A DNA stretch of 32,184 nucleotides, from positions 1 to 32,184 of IMG/VR virus record IMGVR_UViG_3300023283_000396. The stretch is one strand, 5' to 3'. How positions within the stretch are numbered: position 1 is the first letter of the stretch; each line of letters starts with the position of its first letter. A model generated the notes under the pieces. The model did no database searches and was not told where the DNA came from. It saw nothing but the letters and a program-made list of their open reading frames with translations. Positions 18,887-25,394 of this stretch are shown one piece after another. The DNA comes from a virus (lineage: Duplodnaviria > Caudoviricetes). A program made the position numbers and the translations under genes.

Positions 18887-19152
18887 TCGCCACCTCCCAT
18901 CTGATCAATCAACGACTGCTCGCCAACAGACAGGGCCGTGGTCATGCAGCCGAGCTGCGCCATGATCAAAAGCACCAAAGCCTCATCTTCCGGCAAAGCG
19001 GAAAGTTCTCCGGGCTCCAGGTGTTTAAGTTTGCCTGCGATGCGGGCGAATTCTTGCAAGTTGTGATGTGCTATCGACACGCCGCCGGCCAGAGACTGGT
19101 CGTACTTGGCGCGGAACCGGGCCATCGTGGTTTGATCGAGTGCTGGGCTCAC
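18883..19152 (-). CDS. Hypothetical protein between the terminase subunits (89 aa)
   Basis: GTGA overlaps at both ends; lower GC than its neighbours. Confidence 0.65.
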   Translation of the reverse strand: MSPALDQTTMARFRAKYDQSLAGGVSIAHHNLQEFARIAGKLKHLEPGELSALPEDEALVLLIMAQLGCMTTALSVGEQSLIDQMGGGE

Positions 19153-19856
19153 GCGTCCCCCTTCGTGATCTTGGAGATCATGGCGATCACGTCTTCGCGC
19201 GTGAACGACTTGCCCTGCTTGGCCTGCTCTTCGACCTTCGCTTTGACCTCACGCTCGGCGGCGACCAGTTGCTGGCGGCGCTGCTCGTTGTCGATCTGCA
19301 ACTTTTCGATCTCGGCCTGGAGCTTCTCGGCGCGCTGCTCGTGCTGCTGCTGGGTCAGGTCGAGCTTGGCCTGGTTGTGCTTGCCGCGCGACCAGCCGTC
19401 GATCATCGCGATGATCGAGCTCAGCTCCTTGCCCTCGAGCTGGGCGAGGTCGTCGGCGTCCACCGCCCGCTCGGCGGCGAGCCGCATCATCTGGGCGATC
19501 AGCAGCTGCGCGGTGTCGTCGGTGCGGCCCTGAGTGGCGTGCTCGATCGACAGCTTCGCCAGCCGTTGGCGGTGCGTCTGCCGCACCGCGCTAAAGCGGT
19601 GCCGGAAATCCGAGGCCCAGCGAAAATACGCCGAGCGGCTGACGGCGAACTCGTCGGCCAGCTCCTCGATGATGTGCTGGTAGCCGTCGAGGTCGGGCCG
19701 CTCGCGATCGACCAGGATCAGCCCCACGTCGATCAGCATCGGCCGGTCCAGGGCCAGCACCGACGACTTGCTCTTGTCCACGTCAAAGCAGTCGACCGTC
19801 TCGGCGACCAGCTCGCGGGGCGAGGGCATGGCGGGTTGTGGCGTGGTGTTGCTCAT
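19149..19856 (-). CDS. Mu gp27-like (DUF3486) protein, putative terminase small subunit (235 aa)
   Basis: KSSV..L, HTH-like VSRSA..RW, helical C-terminus, upstream of the gp28-like TerL. Confidence 0.72.
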   Translation of the reverse strand: MSNTTPQPAMPSPRELVAETVDCFDVDKSKSSVLALDRPMLIDVGLILVDRERPDLDGYQHIIEELADEFAVSRSAYFRWASDFRHRFSAVRQTHRQRLAKLSIEHATQGRTDDTAQLLIAQMMRLAAERAVDADDLAQLEGKELSSIIAMIDGWSRGKHNQAKLDLTQQQHEQRAEKLQAEIEKLQIDNEQRRQQLVAAEREVKAKVEEQAKQGKSFTREDVIAMISKITKGDA

Positions 19857-20215
19857 CAGATGCGCTGGTCGTCCACGAGGGGGTGTTTGGGGGCCGACTC
19901 CTCGATCAGGGCGCAGCCCGTGTCGGTGATCGAGAAGCTCAGGTAGTCCAGGCAGTTGGGGTCCTGGTGCTGGTACTCACGCTCGTCGGTGGTCAGCACC
20001 AGGCCGGCCGAAGACAGGTCGCCGAGCAGCTGCCGCACGTGGCCGTCGTCGCCGCACAGCTCCGTGCCCGTCGCCTGCGGGCCAAACAAGTCGGCGAGCA
20101 TCCGCCCGCTGACGGTCGGCCCGTACTCCCCGCCCCGCGCGTCGTAGAGCATGCGGAGCATGCGGCGGCGCAGGCGGCGGTTGCGGGCGTGGTTGATCTT
20201 GGCCTGGTCACTCAT
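19856..20215 (-). CDS. Mu gp26-like winged-helix protein (119 aa)
   Basis: RR..LR.L, V...L..L...GLV and ITD.G pattern; synteny with gp27/gp28. Confidence 0.7.
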   Translation of the reverse strand: MSDQAKINHARNRRLRRRMLRMLYDARGGEYGPTVSGRMLADLFGPQATGTELCGDDGHVRQLLGDLSSAGLVLTTDEREYQHQDPNCLDYLSFSITDTGCALIEESAPKHPLVDDQRI

Positions 20216-20660
20216 GGGTGTGTACCTCCCGGCGTAGGCTGGCGATCTCGGTGCTCAGCTGCTTGGTCGCGTCCTTGAGGTCGCCCTTGGTCACGTAGTT
20301 GCTGGCGATCATCTCGCGGAGCTTGCCGACCTCGCCCAGCAGACGCAGGTCCTGGTCGCGGTCACGCTTGAGGGCGTCGAGGATCTGCGCGTCTTTGCTG
20401 TCGATCTTGCGGGCCAGCTCCGTGATCTGACGCTGCAACGCGGCCTGGCCATCGGTCGTGGTTTTGATCCGCTCCTCGACCAGCTGCTCGGTCTGCTCCG
20501 CGATGCGGTCCTCGAGCTGCTCGTTGCGGGCGATCTTGCGCCACAGGGCCGTCATCAGCGCGCCGAAGATCAGCTGGCTGATCGCAAACGCCACGCCGAG
20601 CACCCACATCCAGACGGCCTGGGCGGAGCTCTCGGCGGCGAGTGTGAGTGCGTTGAGCAT
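20208..20660 (-). CDS. Single-TM coiled-coil protein, Mu gp25-like position (150 aa)
   Basis: N-terminal TM (AVWMWVLGVAFAISQLIFGALM), coiled coil, YVTK.D motif. Confidence 0.7.
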   Translation of the reverse strand: MLNALTLAAESSAQAVWMWVLGVAFAISQLIFGALMTALWRKIARNEQLEDRIAEQTEQLVEERIKTTTDGQAALQRQITELARKIDSKDAQILDALKRDRDQDLRLLGEVGKLREMIASNYVTKGDLKDATKQLSTEIASLRREVHTHE

Positions 20661-20688
20661 GGGTCTCTCGATACGGGGCGGTGACTGC

Positions 20689-20723
20689 AAAAGGGCCGTC
20701 GCCGGGTTTAACCGGCGCGGCCC
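20689..20723 (-). terminator. Intrinsic terminator-like hairpin inside the late operon
   Basis: - strand GGGCCG-CGCCGG-TTAAAC-CCGGCG-A-CGGCCC-TTTT. Confidence 0.65.
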
Positions 20724-20736
20724 GACCAGGGGGTTT

Positions 20737-22062
20737 TCAGAGTGTGATAGGACGGCACCGGCCCCGGAAGGCGTCGCTCAGATCGCGAGCAACGCGAGCT
20801 CCAGGGCCTTGCCGATCGCTGTTTGCCAGGCCAGCTCTGCGACACGCCGCTGCTCCTCGCGCTGCGAGGCCATGCGTGCGGCCAGCTTGCTCAGTGATGC
20901 CTTGATGGCCGCGTGCTCCCGCAGCGATGCCCCGACGATCACATTTTGGATCGGGATGTTGCCCGCGAATGGCTGATCCAGCAAGTCCCAAAACTCCTGC
21001 TCGCCCATCGTCAGCAGGTACGGCACCAGCGCCTCGGTAAGCGGTCTCAACCACGCCGGCAGGTCGTCCAGGGCTTGGCGCACCCGCGGGTTCTGGGTCG
21101 GCGTCTGGGCCAGCTCCGGGCGTTGCGCTTCCAGGGCCATCGCCACTGTCGCCGTTGCTCCCTGGTGTTGCGTCCCCGGCCCCGTCGGGTCGGGGCGTGT
21201 GGTCTGCGGTTGGTCGCTCGCTGGGCTCATCGGTCAGCTCCTGCTTGTACGCGTCGACCACGGCGTCCACCCTGGACGCGTCGCCGCCGACAGCTCGGTA
21301 GATGGATCGCATGGTGCTCGCCTGGGCCCGCACCCAGACCTTGACGGCCTCGATGTCGCCGGGGGTCAGCTCATCGGTCGCGTCGAGCTTGGCCGAAAAG
21401 ATGCCCGCCTCGACCGCCTGGGTCTCTAGCAGCGCCAGCTCCTCATCGCTGGCCGTCTGCAGGCCCGCGCAGCCGGTCAGCGCGGACGCGGCGATGCCGC
21501 CGGCCAGCATCAGGGCGACGCCGTTGTTGGTGACGGTGGGCATGGCGGAGCGGGTGTTGCTGTGAGGGGACTTGGGGCGCAACCACTCGTAAAACCCCGA
21601 CGCGCTCGCGGCCATCAGCGTGGCGCTCCACGCCAGCGCCCAGTAGTCGCCGGCCAACACGCCGACAACCTGGTTGGCAAACCACGTCAGGCCCAGGGCG
21701 ACGGCGATGGCGAAGACCCATTTGGGCACGCTCTGTGTGATGTCCGCCAAGCCGCCCGCGGGCAGGCCGGCCAGGACGCGTTTGATCACCTGCACCACGA
21801 GCACGGTCGCCACGACGATACCGCTGAGCGTCGAGAGCTGGGTGAACTGTCCGCCCGGGTCAGCCTGCCCCTGCGTCGTGGCAGCGGCAACGGGGAGGGG
21901 GGTATCGGTGTTGAGGACGGCCCGCTCATCGGGCCAGCCATCGGCGGCGTAGGTGGGAGGGGTGGGTGGGGTAGAGGTGGGGGCGGGCTGGGCGAACGCG
22001 TAACCGGCGATGATCGCCAGCACGCTCGCGACAACCACAAGGAGGGGGGTTTGGGGGAGCAC
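20737..22062 (-). CDS. Holin-like membrane protein with an N-terminal signal peptide and an internal lipobox domain (441 aa from GTG at 22062; last about 165 aa doubtful)
   Basis: AAAGGA SD. Signal ending AFA|Q, three TMs ending ASGFYEW, then ...ASALTGC. The C-terminal part overlaps the 20778-21230 gene. Confidence 0.6.
   Translation of the reverse strand: MLPQTPLLVVVASVLAIIAGYAFAQPAPTSTPPTPPTYAADGWPDERAVLNTDTPLPVAAATTQGQADPGGQFTQLSTLSGIVVATVLVVQVIKRVLAGLPAGGLADITQSVPKWVFAIAVALGLTWFANQVVGVLAGDYWALAWSATLMAASASGFYEWLRPKSPHSNTRSAMPTVTNNGVALMLAGGIAASALTGCAGLQTASDEELALLETQAVEAGIFSAKLDATDELTPGDIEAVKVWVRAQASTMRSIYRAVGGDASRVDAVVDAYKQELTDEPSERPTADHTPRPDGAGDATPGSNGDSGDGPGSATPGAGPDADPEPAGAPSPGRPAGVVETAYRGAGAVPADDGRAGVLGLAGSAIRGQHPDPKCDRRGIAAGARGHQGITEQAGRTHGLAARGAAACRRAGLANSDRQGPGARVARDLSDAFRGRCRPITL
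20778..21230 (-). CDS. Hypothetical helical protein nested in another frame of the holin-like ORF (150 aa)
   Basis: CAGGAG SD before the ATG at 21230; protein-like helical composition, hydrophobic C-terminus. Confidence 0.7.
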   Translation of the reverse strand: MSPASDQPQTTRPDPTGPGTQHQGATATVAMALEAQRPELAQTPTQNPRVRQALDDLPAWLRPLTEALVPYLLTMGEQEFWDLLDQPFAGNIPIQNVIVGASLREHAAIKASLSKLAARMASQREEQRRVAELAWQTAIGKALELALLAI

Positions 22063-22243
22063 GTAGGAGTCCTTTCCGCTGAGCGCGTCGGCCGTGAAGC
22101 GCAAGCAAACGGACCGCTTCGTCACGCTGCCAGAGCCCAAGCAGCGCGGCGGAGCGGCCCGTGTGTCGGTCCGCAGAGAGTTTTACGTGCGTTCGCTTCG
22201 CCGGCGTGGCCGGCACGACCTACCCCTAGGCCGTTGTGTTGTC
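22063..22243 (-). ncRNA. Candidate structured 5' leader of the late operon
   Basis: Hairpins at 22215-22234, 22200-22214 and a 22-bp stem 22109-22130/22141-22162, plus alternative long-range pairings. Confidence 0.45.
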
Positions 22244-22249
22244 TTTACC

Positions 22250-22278
22250 AGCTTGATCAAGTTTCAAGCGGCTGTCAA
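22250..22278 (-). promoter_or_regulatory. Candidate late-operon promoter
   Basis: TTGACA (22278-22273)-N17-CAAGCT on the - strand, overlapping the palindrome CTTGATCAAG (22252-22261). Confidence 0.45.
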
Positions 22279-22288
22279 GTGTCCGACG

Positions 22289-22627
22289 TTATTTTTTTAT
22301 CCGCGACACGTGATGGATCAAGATGCCCAACATCAGGATCACGCAAGCGCGAAACAGGCCCGCACCAAAGTCATAGCTGAATTCTTCGTGCGGCCCAGTG
22401 CCTGGCCTCATACCAAAAACGCTCACCGCGATCACGAAACCGACCATCGCGATGACGGACAAGATGATACTGCCGCCAATCATAGCGCCGCCCTTGCCTA
22501 TTGACTTCAAGGCCCCAGGAAGATCATGGTATTCATCACCTGTCAGAGGCGATGATTCTCCTTCTTTTCTCACTTCTTTCGCCGCGTCGACTTGCTTTTT
22601 AATCTTGGACAAATCAGGTGCGCTCAT
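22289..22627 (-). CDS. Two-TM membrane protein, low GC (112 aa, MSAPDLSK...)
   Basis: Two hydrophobic segments; ATG at 22627 just after the stop of the lipoprotein gene. Confidence 0.7.
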   Translation of the reverse strand: MSAPDLSKIKKQVDAAKEVRKEGESSPLTGDEYHDLPGALKSIGKGGAMIGGSIILSVIAMVGFVIAVSVFGMRPGTGPHEEFSYDFGAGLFRACVILMLGILIHHVSRIKK

Positions 22628-22643
22628 GGGCGGCCAACTTTCT

Positions 22644-23312
22644 TTATTCGAACACGACCGTCCGCTCATCGGGCAGTGTAAAATTTTTGCCGCCGCGCTG
22701 GCCGCCCATCCGGACAAACATCTTGGCCACGGTCGGGGTTTCACCAAGCGTGGATATGGCCTTGAAATATGCGTCCGTTGGCATGTTTCCCAAGACCTGG
22801 CCATCGTCCATGACGTGCGGCCCAACCAACCCGGCAAAGCTCCACAGACCTACCTCTGCCTCCAACGCTTGCAGCGCAGTGTTGCGATCTACTTCAAGAA
22901 AGTAGATTTTGTTTTCAGCGTACCGTTCAGACCCCCAGTACTTCGGAGCTGAAATAACCGCGACCCAATCCTCATTGCTGTGCGTGAACGTAATCAACGC
23001 CGACCGGACGCACGCCGCGATCGACTGCAGATTTTCTTGTTTGGGGAATTTGCTGTCAATGACCGTTGGCTTCACAATCAGAATCAACGGGTCTTCACTA
23101 ACGACCATGAGGCGGCCGGTGCTCTGGTGCCATCCAACATATTCCTGAATCGCCAGTGCTGCAGGATGATCACTGTCGGTGGTATGCTCTGCGGGGTTTT
23201 CACTGCATGCGTTTGTTACGCCGAGAGCCAACATGATCAGGATGAGTGCTGAGCGGTTTATTGTGTTGGGGAAGGGTGGCGAAGCCGCCTCGGAGTCGTA
23301 AATGCATGTCAT
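22644..23312 (-). CDS. Putative lipoprotein, low GC (start uncertain)
   Basis: NRSALILIMLALGVTNA-C signal-peptide-II-like segment followed by a soluble domain. Confidence 0.65.
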   Translation of the reverse strand: MTCIYDSEAASPPFPNTINRSALILIMLALGVTNACSENPAEHTTDSDHPAALAIQEYVGWHQSTGRLMVVSEDPLILIVKPTVIDSKFPKQENLQSIAACVRSALITFTHSNEDWVAVISAPKYWGSERYAENKIYFLEVDRNTALQALEAEVGLWSFAGLVGPHVMDDGQVLGNMPTDAYFKAISTLGETPTVAKMFVRMGGQRGGKNFTLPDERTVVFE

Positions 23313-23676
23313 GGTGGCGGGCCTCCGCTACGAGATTCGGGTTGTTTCGGGGTGGGTCTATCTCAACGGCGAGCGGTGTTACGGCACCTGCGATCACGAC
23401 GCCCAGGTGATCCGGATCAGCGGCGCGGCCCAGCCGGACCGCCGGCTGCTGACGCTCAAGCACGAGGTCTGGCACGCCTGGGAGGAGCTGGTCCCGCTGC
23501 GGCTGGAGTCCGAGGAGGACCGGGCCCGCGCGTTCGCGGCCGTGGCGTCTTCGATCGACATCGACGTGCGCGACCTCCAGCCTCCAGACAATGAGCCGAT
23601 CACGTTCCAGGTCGTGCGCATCCTGTTACCGCAGGGCACCGAGCTCAAGTTTCAGCGTCGCGACCGCGACGCTTGA
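23302..23676 (+). CDS. HExxH zinc metallopeptidase, ImmA/IrrE-like (124 aa)
   Basis: YG.C......I.I, RR..TL.HEVWHA and EE..A..FA motifs; GGAG SD. Confidence 0.8.
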   Translation: MHVMVAGLRYEIRVVSGWVYLNGERCYGTCDHDAQVIRISGAAQPDRRLLTLKHEVWHAWEELVPLRLESEEDRARAFAAVASSIDIDVRDLQPPDNEPITFQVVRILLPQGTELKFQRRDRDA

Positions 23677-23980
23677 CCGGCGTGTCTTTGACACCGCCGG
23701 CCTTGCTGGCGGCGATGCGTTTGTCGTAGTTCATGCGTTCGATTAGTTGTTGCACCACTTCATCGGCACGGTCTTCGTTTTCGATAGAGAGTACGTCATT
23801 AGCCCGCGATCTTTGTTCGGAGACGGGCAACTCTGCAAAAGCAATCAATGCTGCCGACACAACCCTGTGTTTCATGCCTGAACCTGACTGCATGAAGGTC
23901 ATGTGGCGCAAGAGTTCGTGATACGCACGGTCGATTTTTGCACCCAGAGACGGCTTCTTGTCATTTTTTTTTGCTGACAT
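23645..23980 (-). CDS. Putative repressor, ribbon-helix-helix-like (111 aa)
   Basis: Divergent from the early operon across an AT-rich spacer. Strand (SLGAKI), helix, turn, helix (HRVVSAALIAFAELP) pattern. Confidence 0.55.
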   Translation of the reverse strand: MSAKKNDKKPSLGAKIDRAYHELLRHMTFMQSGSGMKHRVVSAALIAFAELPVSEQRSRANDVLSIENEDRADEVVQQLIERMNYDKRIAASKAGGVKDTPVKRRGRDAET

Positions 23981-23986
23981 AACGTT

Positions 23987-23992
23987 ATTTTA
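23987..23992 (-). promoter_or_regulatory. -10 element of a probably leaderless repressor transcript
   Basis: TAAAAT separated by 6 nt from the ATG at 23980; no SD. Confidence 0.5.
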
Positions 23993-24013
23993 CAATATGA
24001 CTTAGATACTTAT

Positions 24014-24075
24014 TTGCCAACAAAAAGATAACTACGCGGCAAAAAGCTCTTGAAAAGTTATCTTTTTGGTGGCAA
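24014..24075. promoter_or_regulatory. 20-bp inverted repeat, candidate operators
   Basis: ttgccaacaaaaagataact (24014-24033) and agttatctttttggtggcaa (24056-24075): 19/20 complementary, 22-bp spacer. Confidence 0.8.
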
Positions 24076-24078
24076 GAT
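24050..24078 (+). promoter_or_regulatory. Candidate early promoter
   Basis: TTGAAA-N17-CAAGAT with TG extended -10; predicted +1 falls on the ATG at 24085. Confidence 0.5.
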
Positions 24079-24084
24079 GGGTGC

Positions 24085-24261
24085 ATGAAACGCATCGGGA
24101 TCGTTGGACCAAATCCGAAGGCCTGCCGTGTCATTGCACGCGATGCGAAGACCGGCAAGAGCAAGAGCTGCACGGTGTACGGCCTGACCACAAAAGAACT
24201 CATTGACCTTGTAAAGGACGCGGTGAAACAACGCGCCGCCGAGGAGTCCCAAGCCGCATGA
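24085..24261 (+). CDS. First early gene, 58-aa basic protein (Cro/Ner position); not in the ORF track
   Basis: MKRIGIVGPNPKACRVIARDAKTGKSKSCTVYGLTTKELIDLVKDAVKQRAAEESQAA*, translated by hand. Confidence 0.7.
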   Translation: MKRIGIVGPNPKACRVIARDAKTGKSKSCTVYGLTTKELIDLVKDAVKQRAAEESQAA

Positions 24262-24267
24262 CCCCCT

Positions 24268-24420
24268 CACGCCGGCGGGCGTCCCGCCGCGTGCGTTCGC
24301 TGCCCTGCAGAGCCCATCCTCGACCGGCCAAGAACCGGCTGCAGGGCTTGGGGCCGAGAGGCCCCGCCAACCCCCGGAAGCTCCCCGTCGCCCCCCTGGG
24401 GCGGCGGGCGAGTTTGAACG
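24268..24420 (+). ncRNA. Candidate multi-stem structured RNA in the early leader
   Basis: Four hairpins, including GGGGCC-GAGA-GGCCCC; three are enclosed by CGTTC/GAACG next to the downstream SD. Confidence 0.5.
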
Positions 24421-24434
24421 AAAGGACCTGACCC

Positions 24435-24698
24435 ATGGCATCTTCAGCCCTCCAAAAGCCCGGCACCAAGCACGGCCCTTGCGCGGCTCACTGCGAGCAC
24501 CAGGACTGCTGCGAATCACGCCAGATGGCTGCGAGCGCCTGCCCGATCTGCAACAAGCCCATCGGCTACGGCAACCAGTTCTACGACCTGGCCGAAAACG
24601 ACATTGACCCTTTCGCAAGTGGCCTGGTCCACGCCAGCTGCTACGAGCAGTGGATCGAGCAGCCCGGTGCCAACCAGCACGCCATGGCGGAGTGCTGA
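24435..24698 (+). CDS. Cys/His-rich zinc-finger protein (87 aa)
   Basis: C...C.H..C, CPIC and HASC motifs; AAAGGA SD. Confidence 0.75.
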   Translation: MASSALQKPGTKHGPCAAHCEHQDCCESRQMAASACPICNKPIGYGNQFYDLAENDIDPFASGLVHASCYEQWIEQPGANQHAMAEC

Positions 24699-24795
24699 CC
24701 CTACCGCTTTCTCCCCTCCGCCCCGTCAGGGTCTGACCACACTGGCGGGGTTTCGCGGGCCGTTGCCCGCACACGTGATTGGCTCGCCTCTCAGC

Positions 24796-24875
24796 CATGG
24801 ATGAGAGCTTAGACCGGCGAAGGACCGCTGGGAGCAGACTCAGGCAAGGATGCGACGCAGATGGCAGAACGGATT
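24796..24875 (+). promoter_or_regulatory. Cluster of CsrA/RsmA-type GGA sites over the leader and RBS of the CII-like gene
   Basis: CATGGATG (24796), AAGGAC (24820), CTG-GGAG-CAG (24828), GCAAGGATGC (24844) and AACGGATT (24868). Confidence 0.6.
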
Positions 24876-25394
24876 ACATCAATGATCTGTGACATCCTCC
24901 GGGACCTGCACGAGCGTGGCGTGTTCACCGCCCATGACATGGGCGACCTGCTGGGCATCCACGCGACCAACTGTTACCCCTACCACTCCCACCGCGAGCC
25001 CAAGGCGACCAAGCTGCGCCTGGTCTTCCGGGCCATGCCGGCCGAGGCCCAACGCGACGTCCTGCACTGGCTGACCGGCGGGACGGGCTGGGTCAGCCAG
25101 CACCTGGACCAGGAGCTGGACATCAACGGCGACGGCGACGTGGACGTGAGCGACGCCATGATCGCGGCGGCCGAGCTGACCGGCGAGACCAGCGAATTTA
25201 TCGCCGACCTGGCCCTGGGCCTGTCGGACAAAAAGATCGACGACGCCGAGTGCGGCAAGCTCCAGGCCATGCTCGCCGAAGCGCGGCAGCACCTGGTCAT
25301 GACCGAGGCCGTGGTCGTCGAGCTAAACAAACAGCACAACGCCCGCCGCAAGTGCCGGCAACCGTTGACCGCGGGTGGGAGGGCTAAGCGATGA
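24861..25394 (+). CDS. Phage CII-like (186 CII/CP76-type) regulator with a DxNxDG Ca-binding-type loop (177 aa)
   Basis: N-terminal HTH-like FTAHDMGDLLGIHATNCY; C-terminal ETSE......L.D.KID..E...L pattern; DINGDGDVDVSD loop. Confidence 0.6.
   Translation: MAERITSMICDILRDLHERGVFTAHDMGDLLGIHATNCYPYHSHREPKATKLRLVFRAMPAEAQRDVLHWLTGGTGWVSQHLDQELDINGDGDVDVSDAMIAAAELTGETSEFIADLALGLSDKKIDDAECGKLQAMLAEARQHLVMTEAVVVELNKQHNARRKCRQPLTAGGRAKR

Noticed and set aside
22094-22504. 136-aa + strand ORF as a regulator
   Set aside because: No SD or motif; it overlaps the 2-TM gene and the structured late leader on the opposite strand.
24268-24420. tRNA gene
   Set aside because: Multi-stem, but lacks a T-loop in the right position, the D-loop pattern, a 7-nt anticodon loop and tRNA dimensions.
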